From Ignicoccus pacificus DSM 13166 (GTDB taxonomy: Archaea; Thermoproteota; Thermoprotei_A; Sulfolobales; Ignicoccaceae), in contig CP006868.1 of assembly GCA_025340205.1 (NCBI GenBank), positions 810,001 through 842,000 of the forward strand: a stretch of 32,000 nt of DNA, read 5' to 3'. Below the pieces are notes generated by a model, which was given only the letters and a program-made list of their open reading frames with translations, made no database searches and was not told the DNA's origin. Numbering within the stretch: position 1 is the stretch's first letter; every line of letters starts with the position of its first letter. Made by a program: the position numbers and the translations under genes. Of this stretch, positions 8,913 to 18,271 are shown piece after piece.

Positions 8913-10631
8913 ATGGAACTGAATACGAATAAACTGAGAAAAGTAACACCATATTTCCTATTAATAATACTAAGTATAGCAAGCATGACGCTTGCTGTAT
9001 CGCTCTACAAACCTCCCGCCGGATGCTGGGGCTACGCTCCAGCAGTAATTAGTAAGACTGAAGGAGCTCTGTCGAACCTCTCAGCTACCGTTACCTTAGG
9101 TACTGGAAAGGTTTACGTTGGAGGTCCACTCCTAGGTAATGACTTCCAAGGCTCAATGGATGGCACCGCAGTGGCGTCCAGCATAGTTGCTGGTGTCCCG
9201 ATGACATTACATAACTTCTTGTTCTACCTTAATGACTTGGGCGCTAATGTCACTCTAAACGCCGCCGGACCCAGCGGAAGTGGATTAGCCGCTACTCTAG
9301 CGTTAGCCCAACTTCTCAACGGAACTTGCACCAAACACATTGCCATGACTGGAATGATTGGTTTAGGCGGCGAGATCTTACCTGTAGGAGGCGTCAAGGT
9401 CAAAGCTGAAGCGGTGAAGGCCTATGGTTTATCATTCTTCCTAGTACCTCAAAACGAAACGGTAAAGGTCAAAGGCCTCGAGGTAATACCGATCTCTACC
9501 ATCCTCGATAGCATAAGGTATATGGGAATAACTCCCCACTTCAAGGTCTGCGGAACTCCAAAGTCTCTTGAGGAATCTGCCACAGTCTTTAAGAGTCATT
9601 ATGAGAGATTGTATAACTTGACAGAAGAAGTAATAGCTAAACTTAAGGTTGTATCCCCCGACATCCAGAACCAACTCAGGTATGCCAAGTTAGTAGCTTC
9701 CGAAGGAAGATACTACGCGGCAGCCAGTTACGCCTTTACAGCACTCATAAAAGCATACACAGAGTACTATAAGGAAATCTTGTTGAACTTAACTAAGGGC
9801 AGTAACATCACGTCTACCGTAACTGTAACCGTACCCCTTAACAAGACTGGATCGAATATTACAAATATTCACAAAATCCATGGCATGCATCCTATAAAGA
9901 CAATAAAGCTACCGCCCAAAGCTGAGAAATTCATAAAAGATGAAATAACAAAAATCAAGAAATATACTCAAATAAAACCCAGCAATTGCTATGCTAATTA
10001 TTGGAGTCTTGAGGCTTGCGCTGCTGTGTATAACCGTGAATTCAGACTCTCTAGATATCTTGAAAGGTTATCAACTCCTCAATTCACTAATTCCAGTATA
10101 ACCAACATAGCTTCTCTCTTAGCTTTAGCGAAGGCAAGAGCCGTTAGCATAACCCTATGGAATTCTGCCGTACAGCAGTTGGCCGACATGGATGGTGCTC
10201 CCCCTATTTCGAATATAAAGAAGGTGAGCAAGGAGGCAGTGACTATAGGCCTAGCTGCAGCCAAATACGCGTTAAGCATGATTCCATTGAAGGTAGCATT
10301 CACATCACCCATAAACGATGCTGTGGATAAGATGTATCAAGCATATGTTAATGGTAATTATGCCAAAGCAATAGGTTTAGCTGCCTATACGTATGAGAAT
10401 GCCGCTGATACGCTGATGAGCATAGGTAACTCCACGGCAGTAGCCGAGAAGATTCTACCTATGGTTATGGAAAGATCATACTGTGGCACACCATCTTTCA
10501 TCGCATACAACTACTACGGATATGTGAACAGCCTCCTTAAGACAGATAAATTAAGCGCAGAAGCGTTATCCTACACTGCCCTCTTCTTCGCTCACTTAGC
10601 TGAGACGAACGCGTTCTTCCTACATAAGTGA
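8913..10631 (+). CDS. Membrane-anchored or secreted Lon-like (S16-type) protease with helical C-terminal half
   Basis: N-terminal TM/signal 'YFLLIILSIASMTLAVSLY'. Candidate Ser in 'AAGPSGSGLAATLALAQLL' (codon at 9273-9275) and Lys in 'GEILPVGGVKVKAEAVKAYGL'. No AAA+ domain. Confidence 0.85.
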   Translation: MELNTNKLRKVTPYFLLIILSIASMTLAVSLYKPPAGCWGYAPAVISKTEGALSNLSATVTLGTGKVYVGGPLLGNDFQGSMDGTAVASSIVAGVPMTLHNFLFYLNDLGANVTLNAAGPSGSGLAATLALAQLLNGTCTKHIAMTGMIGLGGEILPVGGVKVKAEAVKAYGLSFFLVPQNETVKVKGLEVIPISTILDSIRYMGITPHFKVCGTPKSLEESATVFKSHYERLYNLTEEVIAKLKVVSPDIQNQLRYAKLVASEGRYYAAASYAFTALIKAYTEYYKEILLNLTKGSNITSTVTVTVPLNKTGSNITNIHKIHGMHPIKTIKLPPKAEKFIKDEITKIKKYTQIKPSNCYANYWSLEACAAVYNREFRLSRYLERLSTPQFTNSSITNIASLLALAKARAVSITLWNSAVQQLADMDGAPPISNIKKVSKEAVTIGLAAAKYALSMIPLKVAFTSPINDAVDKMYQAYVNGNYAKAIGLAAYTYENAADTLMSIGNSTAVAEKILPMVMERSYCGTPSFIAYNYYGYVNSLLKTDKLSAEALSYTALFFAHLAETNAFFLHK

Positions 10632-10731
10632 CTTTTTGATACTTGATCAAGGCATAACTAATGATTGAGAAATCCCTTTCTTTAAAGAAGACTTTAAGTT
10701 TTCCGTATCCCCTCGGATAAGGGTACAAGTA

Positions 10732-13700
10732 GTGCCATTGAGAAAGATAGCATTAGCAACATTACTTATGTTAATTATCACATCGTTATACGTAGTCCAA
10801 GCATTGACGCTCAACATTTCAACTATTAAAAACACAGTTCCCATAAGCTCCCTCCTAAGCTCAGAGAAGCTATCCTTACCGTTTAAGGAGAAAGTAAACA
10901 TGGTGTTCAAGAGTAAGAATGATGTGTTCCTGCTTACCAACGATATGACGTTATATCGAGGTGTGGTCCAAGGCACTAATTACGTAGTTCTTGCATTTAC
11001 TAAACTTCCATCCACACCTATATGGATTAACGAATCTAGCAGCAAGATCTACATGCTCTTTGAGGATGGGAAATTCTCAGAATACAATATGGCATTAACC
11101 AACTGTTTGAAAACGCTCAACCTTGGTAAGCTCATCGAAGTAGTCGGTTCTGCTTGGAGGTCATTAATACTATTAAATTCCCAAGGGGACCTATTTATAG
11201 TAAAGAACAATGATGTAAAACAATTATCGTCTATAAGTAATAACACAATACCATTGATAAATAGAAACTTAAAGATAATTAAAGTTAATACAAATAACGT
11301 TTCGTTGGCTTGTGGGCTAGGGAAGCTGACTATAGTGGGTTTCAGGATAAATAACAACGTTACAAAAGTTCTCTTGAAGGACATTAACAAAAACGAGTAT
11401 GCACTGGTAGAGCTTGTCATTGATCAAAATAATGTAATAATGGACAAATGCAGTAAATTGAAGACCGTTAATGTAATCAAGGATATTAATAATATGTATA
11501 TAATCACAAGTAATAAAACTTCGTTGATGGCGATCTCGCTAAACTCGAGTATTCCTAATCTCCATATACTATTACCGAAATACAAGAAGTTTACCCTAAC
11601 AAGGTTGAGATTCCTCAGAAACTTTACAGACATTCTTAACTTAAAGGGCTCCCTATTCATGGTTAATAATTATCTGGTCTCAATAAGACCTAAAGATTCT
11701 TCAGTGCTACTTAGCGCTTCTAATATAAAGGACTGTTATTCAACGTTATGCACAGATAGAAAGGGCAACGTCTATATTCTTAGAGATCCCTCACAACCCC
11801 ATACCATACTCATGATCTCATTAACTAGAAAGTTCCTTACCTTAACGAAGGGTGTCATACTGTCATCCTATCTATCTTCACTTTCTAGCGAGAACAAGTA
11901 TCATCTCCCTCTAAGCACACGAGTACCGTCAGTAAAGGTAGAAGTACCAGCCGGACTCTACATTCTGTCTATTAACACTGAAGTTGGCAGAGTAGTTGAG
12001 TTCGTTCCAGCACCACCAGTCTCATGGGATTTCGATCCACTATTCGTACCCATAGAGATATCGCCGGAAATAATAGTTCCATATGTATACACAGTGACAA
12101 TAAAAGTAATCGACTCTCAGACGCATGAACCAATAGGTGGAGCGCTTGTTTACATCACTGGTACTACCGTTAGAGGCAAGACCGTAAATATAGGTCCTCT
12201 CATAACGCCAGCTGATGGTACTATAAAGATAAAGCTAGAAAAAGGTACGTACACAATAAGGATTACACATAACCTCTACAAAACATATGTTAAGAGAATA
12301 GTGCTTAGATCCAACCTTAACTTAGTTGCAAAGCTGATAATAAAGGGTACAAACGTATACTTCATTGTCAAGAGTAAAGGTGCTCCTCCCCTGATCAAAC
12401 CGGAGCCACTTAAGAATGCCACAATAAAGCTCGTAGGACCTCTAACGCTAACACTACATACTGATAATAGAGGCGTGGCCAAGGCAATACTCAGACCTGG
12501 TCTTTATACGATAAATGTAACGGCTCCACTTCATAGACCTTACAGTGGCACCCTCACAGTACCTCCGGGCGCTCCTACAATAAAGAAAACGATAGCCTTG
12601 GAACCAGTTCTAATAAACTTAGTCTTAACGGTCATAGATGCTGTGACTAAGAAGCCTGTAATTCCGAACTTAGTTAAGTTAACAGCACTCTCATTACCTA
12701 ATACACCATCGTTAACCATAACTAACCCGCCCTCAAATGTAATAAACGCTAAGATACCACCCGGAAGGTATCTAATACAAGTGATTGCGAAGAACTATAA
12801 CGAGTTTAAGAGGGTTTACACGCTCACTAAAGATACTCAATTGACTATAGCGTTACATTACAAGACGATAAAAGTCAGAATAATGGTCTATGATGAGTTG
12901 AGAAGACCGGTTGATCACTTTAACATAACATTATACAATGAGATCTTAGGCGTGAGGTTTAACTTCACACTAACAGCGCAATCAAACGTAGTGGAGTTAC
13001 CACCTGGTCTCTATAAAGTAAAAGTTACTGCTCCCGGCTTCGAACCATTAATAACTGAAATAAAGATAGACGAGAACACTCAAGTAATACAACTCACCAT
13101 AGCTCACAAGACATTCAACATAATAATAAGGGCTACCACTAACGATAAATTACTATATGACTTCATCAGTAAGTGTAAGGGCAATATACAAGGAGGTCCA
13201 TTGCTCAAACCTCTGCCATTACCAGTAATGACGAAGCCTAAGCTCGAAGCCTCAGTAAAGCTACCGAAGGGTACATACCAAGTTTCTCTACAATGCTTCT
13301 CGTATAATGGAAAACTGGCTGCTACTGGCTCGGCTTCATTCGCGGTACCCTTAAAGAGAACAGTATTGGTGAACCTCATACCGTCGAAGACTCCTGTAGA
13401 AGTCAGAGTGGTGGATGTCAGAAACAATAAACCAGTGACAAGAGCGCTCGTGAAGATCTACTACAATGGAAAGTTAATCGGTGAAGGTCAAACGAACTAT
13501 ATGGGAATAGCCAAAATCATGGTAAACACATACTACATAGGAAAACAAGTTACAATATCCATAACCGCACCGGGCTATCAGTCATACTCCTCCACCGTGA
13601 TTCTAACAGAGAGATTACCTACGATTTACCTAAAGCCGGCACCGACAATTATCGAGATCTTGCTAGGTAACCCGGTATTGCTAATAGTACTAGTGTTCGT

Positions 13701-13779
13701 AGCGGGTGCAGGAGCATACCTCATATCGACGTTCCTAGGAAGAGGCGAGGAGGAGGAGATCTTTGAGGAACTCGTCTGA
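10732..13779 (+). CDS. Large surface protein: N-terminal beta-rich region, about 5 CarboxypepD_reg/Ig-like repeats, C-terminal TM and acidic cytoplasmic tail
   Basis: Signal peptide 'IALATLLMLIITSLYVVQA'. Repeats such as 'VTIKVIDSQTHEPIGGALVYI', 'LVLTVIDAVTKKPV', 'VRIMVYDELRRPV' and 'VEVRVVDVRNNKPVTRALVKI', each followed by 'PxGxYxxxVxAPGF'. C-terminal TM 'VLLIVLVFVAGAGAYLIS' then 'GRGEEEEIFEELV'. Confidence 0.8.
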   Translation: MPLRKIALATLLMLIITSLYVVQALTLNISTIKNTVPISSLLSSEKLSLPFKEKVNMVFKSKNDVFLLTNDMTLYRGVVQGTNYVVLAFTKLPSTPIWINESSSKIYMLFEDGKFSEYNMALTNCLKTLNLGKLIEVVGSAWRSLILLNSQGDLFIVKNNDVKQLSSISNNTIPLINRNLKIIKVNTNNVSLACGLGKLTIVGFRINNNVTKVLLKDINKNEYALVELVIDQNNVIMDKCSKLKTVNVIKDINNMYIITSNKTSLMAISLNSSIPNLHILLPKYKKFTLTRLRFLRNFTDILNLKGSLFMVNNYLVSIRPKDSSVLLSASNIKDCYSTLCTDRKGNVYILRDPSQPHTILMISLTRKFLTLTKGVILSSYLSSLSSENKYHLPLSTRVPSVKVEVPAGLYILSINTEVGRVVEFVPAPPVSWDFDPLFVPIEISPEIIVPYVYTVTIKVIDSQTHEPIGGALVYITGTTVRGKTVNIGPLITPADGTIKIKLEKGTYTIRITHNLYKTYVKRIVLRSNLNLVAKLIIKGTNVYFIVKSKGAPPLIKPEPLKNATIKLVGPLTLTLHTDNRGVAKAILRPGLYTINVTAPLHRPYSGTLTVPPGAPTIKKTIALEPVLINLVLTVIDAVTKKPVIPNLVKLTALSLPNTPSLTITNPPSNVINAKIPPGRYLIQVIAKNYNEFKRVYTLTKDTQLTIALHYKTIKVRIMVYDELRRPVDHFNITLYNEILGVRFNFTLTAQSNVVELPPGLYKVKVTAPGFEPLITEIKIDENTQVIQLTIAHKTFNIIIRATTNDKLLYDFISKCKGNIQGGPLLKPLPLPVMTKPKLEASVKLPKGTYQVSLQCFSYNGKLAATGSASFAVPLKRTVLVNLIPSKTPVEVRVVDVRNNKPVTRALVKIYYNGKLIGEGQTNYMGIAKIMVNTYYIGKQVTISITAPGYQSYSSTVILTERLPTIYLKPAPTIIEILLGNPVLLIVLVFVAGAGAYLISTFLGRGEEEEIFEELV

Positions 13780-14872
13780 ACTAGAAGTACCAGTAAACGA
13801 TAGTCATGTTTACAAGGTCATAATAGGAAGAGGTGTGCTCGAAAACTTAAACGGATTTATTTCACCACCTATTGAACCCAAGCTTTCCCTAATAGGAAGA
13901 GGAGTGCATGAACACGTACCATGGCTATACTATTCTCTTAGAAAGGTATTTGAGGAAGTGAAGATAGTTGAAGATGGTGAAGAGAGCAAAAACTTGGAAA
14001 CGGCGCTTAAGATCGTAGAAGATTTATGGAGGCTTGGCGCTACCCGGTGGAGCGCCCTGGCCGTCGCCTCTGGCGGAAGTTTAGGTGATACTGCAGCCTT
14101 CGCTGCATCGATATACATGAGAGGTATTCCATTTGTTCAAATACCAACGACGTTGTTAGCGATGATAGATAGCGCTCTCGGTGGAAAGACCGCTGTGAAC
14201 TATTCGGGCGTGAAGAATATCTTAGGGTCTTTCTATCATCCATGGTTGGTAGTGGACGATCTGAGGTTTCTAGATACGCTGCCAAATAGGGTGTTCAGAA
14301 GCAGTTTAGCAGAGGCCCTGAAATATGGATTCACGCTAGACAAAGGTTACTTGGATTTCATGATTCATAACAGAGATAACATCTTACGTAGAGATGACTT
14401 ACCGCTGATCGAATTGATCAAACAAGCTACTGAGCTAAAGTTGAGCGTAGTATCTCAAGATCCTAGGGAAAGGAAAGGAATTAGAGAAGTCTTGAACTTC
14501 GGTCATACCATAGGTCATGTGTTGGAATCCGCTTCAAACTTCAAGTTACTTCATGGTGAAGCGGTCGCTTTCGGTATGCTTGTAGAAAGCAAGATTAGCG
14601 AGGATGAAGGATGTAAGGACTGTTTTAATGTTATCTTATCTACAATATCGGATTATGCCATACTCGATGACGTAGTCGACATCATTCCAGAACTTGATTT
14701 CCAACAGTACAAGGAGTTATTATATAGGGATAAGAAGAGGGTCGGTGACAAGATTAGGTTACCGATGCTCAAGGAGATAGGGAAATGGGAATTAGTACTC
14801 TATCCCTTTGAGTCGTTCGCTGAAAAGAGCTACAAGGCCTATAGGGAGATACTAAAGAAGCTCAAGGGATAG
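13763..14872 (+). CDS. aroB: 3-dehydroquinate synthase
   Basis: 'ASGGSLGDTAAFAASIYMRGIPFVQIPTTLLAMIDSALGGKTAVNY.GVKNILGSFYHP' and 'LNFGHTIGHVLE' are diagnostic. TTG start overlaps the preceding gene by 17 nt. Confidence 0.97.
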   Translation: MRNSSELEVPVNDSHVYKVIIGRGVLENLNGFISPPIEPKLSLIGRGVHEHVPWLYYSLRKVFEEVKIVEDGEESKNLETALKIVEDLWRLGATRWSALAVASGGSLGDTAAFAASIYMRGIPFVQIPTTLLAMIDSALGGKTAVNYSGVKNILGSFYHPWLVVDDLRFLDTLPNRVFRSSLAEALKYGFTLDKGYLDFMIHNRDNILRRDDLPLIELIKQATELKLSVVSQDPRERKGIREVLNFGHTIGHVLESASNFKLLHGEAVAFGMLVESKISEDEGCKDCFNVILSTISDYAILDDVVDIIPELDFQQYKELLYRDKKRVGDKIRLPMLKEIGKWELVLYPFESFAEKSYKAYREILKKLKG

Positions 14873-15565
14873 AGCGACGACTGGTCCGGCGTTTAACCCG
14901 TAGTATCCTTCATAAACCTTTTCTGCTTCCTCTACACTAAATCCGGGCAAGACGCGCTCTGTTCCCTCATTCTCTAACATTTCTTTGAAGTTATTGTAAA
15001 TCACGTATCTCTTTACACGACAATAGATCTTCCTCTTGTTCTTTACGCTCTTAAATTCTATTATGTGTCCAACCCTTATCCTCCTTCTCTTTTCATCGTA
15101 AAGTCTTCCTTCAACCACCTTTTCCTCTTTCAATATCAATTCAAACCACTTATCATCTAATTTCATTTGATGGACTTGTTCCTTGGAATATGTGATGGCT
15201 AAGAATGGATCTATTATATCGCCCTCTTGTAGCGCCCTAATATCTTGGTATGGCTTATCCATCATCTCCTTCTTACTTACATTAGATATGATGAAGTCTA
15301 CATGTATAGCTGGAGGGAACTCCCAGAGCCCTATCGAGGTTTTCTCGTCGACGAATACTAAACCTTTAGGAGCTATTAACACAGAAACATGTTTCCAATT
15401 AACCCATCCTTCCACAGGATTCTTACATTTCAATCCTTTCGGACAAAAGGTATACTCGCCGTCCTTCAATCCTATGCTTATCTCACCATCTAGATGATTT
15501 ACTGCTATTTGCAGATCCTTGCTAGATATGACGAATTTATCATTGCCGAGGTACCTAACTATCAA
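14852..15565 (-). CDS. ASCH-domain (PUA-like) protein with an unrecognised N-terminal region of about 115 aa
   Basis: The C-terminal half 'WFELILKEEKVVEGRLYDEKRRRIRVGHIIEF...VKRYVIYNNFKEMLENEGTERVLPGFSVEEAEKVYEGYY...GPVVALSLE' fits the ASCH pattern. Confidence 0.7.
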   Translation of the reverse strand: MIVRYLGNDKFVISSKDLQIAVNHLDGEISIGLKDGEYTFCPKGLKCKNPVEGWVNWKHVSVLIAPKGLVFVDEKTSIGLWEFPPAIHVDFIISNVSKKEMMDKPYQDIRALQEGDIIDPFLAITYSKEQVHQMKLDDKWFELILKEEKVVEGRLYDEKRRRIRVGHIIEFKSVKNKRKIYCRVKRYVIYNNFKEMLENEGTERVLPGFSVEEAEKVYEGYYGLNAGPVVALSLELL

Positions 15566-15616
15566 TTTTATCCTTCATTAACTTTAGAGAGGTAGCTTCT
15601 TAATCGATTCTGGTGA

Positions 15617-16036
15617 GTGACTATGGCTGTTTACCATAAAGAGATTAGAATAAGGTCATCAAGTCGAAAGCAACTAATCGACATAACCGACGAGGTGGAG
15701 GCTGCCGTAAGAGAGAGTGGCATCAAAAACGGAATATGTCAAGTATTTGTGCCACACGCTACAGCAGCTATCATAGCGAATGAGCATGAAAGCGGTCTGA
15801 TGAGTGACATTCTTAGAGCTCTTGAAGAACTCGTTCCCCCTGATGGTAATTGGTTGCATAATAGGATAGATAATAATGCGGATGCCCATATCTTGGCATC
15901 TATAATAGGACCATCAAGATCCTTTCCGGTAGTTAATGGTACACTTGTTAGAGGGACATGGCAAAACATATTCGTAGTAGAGCTCGATGGTCCCCGGTAC
16001 TCTAGAAGAGTTATCGTAACGGTGATTGGAGAATGA
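15617..16036 (+). CDS. YjbQ/UPF0047 family protein
   Basis: '[58 protein letters not shown]...[18 protein letters not shown]' is the conserved family signature. Confidence 0.93.
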   Translation: MTMAVYHKEIRIRSSSRKQLIDITDEVEAAVRESGIKNGICQVFVPHATAAIIANEHESGLMSDILRALEELVPPDGNWLHNRIDNNADAHILASIIGPSRSFPVVNGTLVRGTWQNIFVVELDGPRYSRRVIVTVIGE

Positions 16037-17202
16037 GGTTGTACATAGCTAGAGAGAATGAGATACTCTCTGGAGAAGCCACTGATATCTACTTTAAAAG
16101 GACAGTTGATGTAATAAAAAAGTCGAATAAGGATAAGAGAGTTCGGATGGAATTTCATGCGTATTCATTACCGTACGATTGGGCGGTATTCGCCGGTCTC
16201 GAGGAGGCATTAACGATACTGGGAGGGAAGAACGTTGACGTTTACGCTGTGCCAGAGGGGACCATCTTTAGGCCCAAGCAGCCCCTTATGGTAATTGAAG
16301 GCGACTACACAGAATTTGGGGAGTTGGAAACTGCTATATTAGGTGTTCTGAGACACTCAACCTCTATAGCCACCAAGGCAGCTAGAATAAAGCTGGCTGC
16401 GGGAAACAAGAGCGTCTTGTTCTTCGGTCTAAGGGCGTTACACCCTGCCATTCAGCCAATGGCTGATAGAGCAGCTTACATAGGTGGTGTTGATGGCGTA
16501 GCTGGTAACTTAAGTGAGAAATACCTGGGAATAAAACCAGTAGGTACGATGCCACACGCGTTAATGTTAGTCTTCGGTGACCCTGAAGAGGCGTGGAAAG
16601 CGTTCGACGAATATGTTGAAGAGGAGGTACCACGGATAGTCCTCGTAGATACGTTTTGTGATGAGAGAATGGAGGCATTGAAGGCTGCCAAGCTACTAAG
16701 GGAAAAGCTGAGAGGAGTCAGATTAGATACGCCAGGATCCAGGAGAGGTAACATGAGAGCCATCGTGGAAGAGGTTCGCTGGACACTAGATCTCCACGGC
16801 TTCAAGAACGTACAAATCATAGTGAGTGGAGGTTTGAACGAAGAAAAGATAAGGGAGCTAAGGGACTTAGTCGACGCTTTCGGTGTAGGAACCTCAATAG
16901 CTTTTCCGAAGAGCGTTGACATAAGCGCCGACATAGTCGAGGTCTATGAAAATGGTAAATGGACTCCTCGCAGCAAAAGAGGTAAGTGGCCTGGCTTCAA
17001 GCAACTCTATCGTTGCAATGTAAACGAGGACTATGTAGTACCTTGGAACGATGAACCTCCGAAATGTAGAGACGGTACCAAACCGAAGGCCATGCTTCGA
17101 AAAGTCATGGAGAATGGTAGATTATTAATTGAACCTCCTTCAATAGAAGAAATAAGGAAATACGTATTGGAACAGCTTAACGAGATCGAGGACAAAGTTT
17201 GA
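16033..17202 (+). CDS. pncB: Nicotinate phosphoribosyltransferase
   Basis: '[21 protein letters not shown]', '[28 protein letters not shown]', '[13 protein letters not shown]', '[11 protein letters not shown]' and '[13 protein letters not shown]' are typical of the family. 4-nt ATGA overlap with the previous gene. Confidence 0.94.
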   Translation: MRLYIARENEILSGEATDIYFKRTVDVIKKSNKDKRVRMEFHAYSLPYDWAVFAGLEEALTILGGKNVDVYAVPEGTIFRPKQPLMVIEGDYTEFGELETAILGVLRHSTSIATKAARIKLAAGNKSVLFFGLRALHPAIQPMADRAAYIGGVDGVAGNLSEKYLGIKPVGTMPHALMLVFGDPEEAWKAFDEYVEEEVPRIVLVDTFCDERMEALKAAKLLREKLRGVRLDTPGSRRGNMRAIVEEVRWTLDLHGFKNVQIIVSGGLNEEKIRELRDLVDAFGVGTSIAFPKSVDISADIVEVYENGKWTPRSKRGKWPGFKQLYRCNVNEDYVVPWNDEPPKCRDGTKPKAMLRKVMENGRLLIEPPSIEEIRKYVLEQLNEIEDKV

Positions 17203-17668
17203 ATAATTCATCTCCTAGATGATGTATGTTCTTAATTACCTTCCCTCTCTTCATCTGGCTCATTTCTTGTAAGTCGTAAAGTGCTTCCCCTACCGCTATC
17301 GGAAAAGGCAGTTTCACTGTGTAAACCAATACTATATCACCTTTTTTGAAGTCTCCCTTAAAGTCAACTATTCCAGGTCTCATGACATCTGCTCCATTAG
17401 TTATGAACTTCACAGCACCCTCATCGACTACAACACCGGGTCCCTCTATTTGTTGTCCACAGAGTATTGGTACCATTTTACCCTTTACCATTGCTACTCG
17501 CGGTACATCGTTTACGTAATAAACGAGGTATTCCTTTTTCTTCTCATCAAATATTATTCGCGCCTCCTCCACTTTGTCGCTCACACTTATGTTAAGCCAA
17601 GGCAAGTTAAGTTCTGCGATTAGTTTTTTCTTCTCCTTCTTCGAAAGTTGCCTCTTCAACACGCGCAC
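17177..17668 (-). CDS. PUA-domain RNA-binding protein (MCT-1-like archaeal family)
   Basis: N-terminal '[18 protein letters not shown]', then PUA domain '[47 protein letters not shown]....PIAVGEAL'. I prefer the GTG start at 17668 to the track start at 17722, which runs into the C/D sRNA. Confidence 0.82.
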   Translation of the reverse strand: MRVLKRQLSKKEKKKLIAELNLPWLNISVSDKVEEARIIFDEKKKEYLVYYVNDVPRVAMVKGKMVPILCGQQIEGPGVVVDEGAVKFITNGADVMRPGIVDFKGDFKKGDIVLVYTVKLPFPIAVGEALYDLQEMSQMKRGKVIKNIHHLGDELFKLCPRSR

Positions 17669-17705
17669 TTGATTACCCCCATTCTGAAGACTTGGATGAA
17701 GGTTT

Positions 17706-17772
17706 ATGAGATGATGAACCATGTCGGGCGACTGAAGGAAAGATGATGTCCTTCCCCCGACTACTGATAATA
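17706..17772 (+). ncRNA. C/D-box sRNA (candidate 2'-O-methylation guide)
   Basis: Box C ATGATGA 17711-17717; 14-nt guide 17718-17731 (ACCATGTCGGGCGA); box D' CTGA 17732-17735; 7-nt spacer; C' ATGATGT 17743-17749; 14-nt guide 17750-17763 (CCTTCCCCCGACTA); box D CTGA 17764-17767. The 57-nt core fits archaeal C/D sRNA geometry and it is in a divergent intergenic region. Confidence 0.8.
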
Positions 17773-17838
17773 TCCAAATGTTACATCGTTTCCTTCTTAC
17801 TCATCCTTCTTCAACTATAGAGAGTTGGGGATTGTGAG

Positions 17839-18231
17839 ATGTGTGGACCTCTATACCCGGCAGAGGCTGTTGTGATAATACAGTCAAAACATGATGATCA
17901 CTTCTGGATGGTAACTTCTGGTGGCGAGGTCAAGAAGATGACATTTGATGACGTAATAAAGGAGGTCGAAGGATGCTATAATAGTCTAAAGGTATCGTTC
18001 TGTCCAGAAAAAGGGAAGATGTTAATATGGAGTAGAAACGGAAGGGCTGCAATAGGAGTCATCAACGCCGATCTATTCGACCCTCATCTATGGTGTAACT
18101 TGGAGAGATTTGCTGCATTGGTTAACTCAAGGCTACCAGAACCCATCTTACCCTCAGACATCGAGGCTGCGAAAGCTGAGATTGCTTGGAGTTTAGGCTC
18201 CAACAAACCCGAGATCCCTATCGAAGCTTGA
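17839..18231 (+). CDS. Conserved-looking hypothetical protein upstream of the AOR gene
   Basis: 130-aa ORF ('MCGPLYPAEAVVIIQSKHDDHFWMV...') with ATG start, 40 nt from the AOR gene, same strand. No recognised domain. Confidence 0.65.
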   Translation: MCGPLYPAEAVVIIQSKHDDHFWMVTSGGEVKKMTFDDVIKEVEGCYNSLKVSFCPEKGKMLIWSRNGRAAIGVINADLFDPHLWCNLERFAALVNSRLPEPILPSDIEAAKAEIAWSLGSNKPEIPIEA

Positions 18232-18271
18232 CCTTTTTGACACCGTATTACATCCTTCATATGGGATTGAC

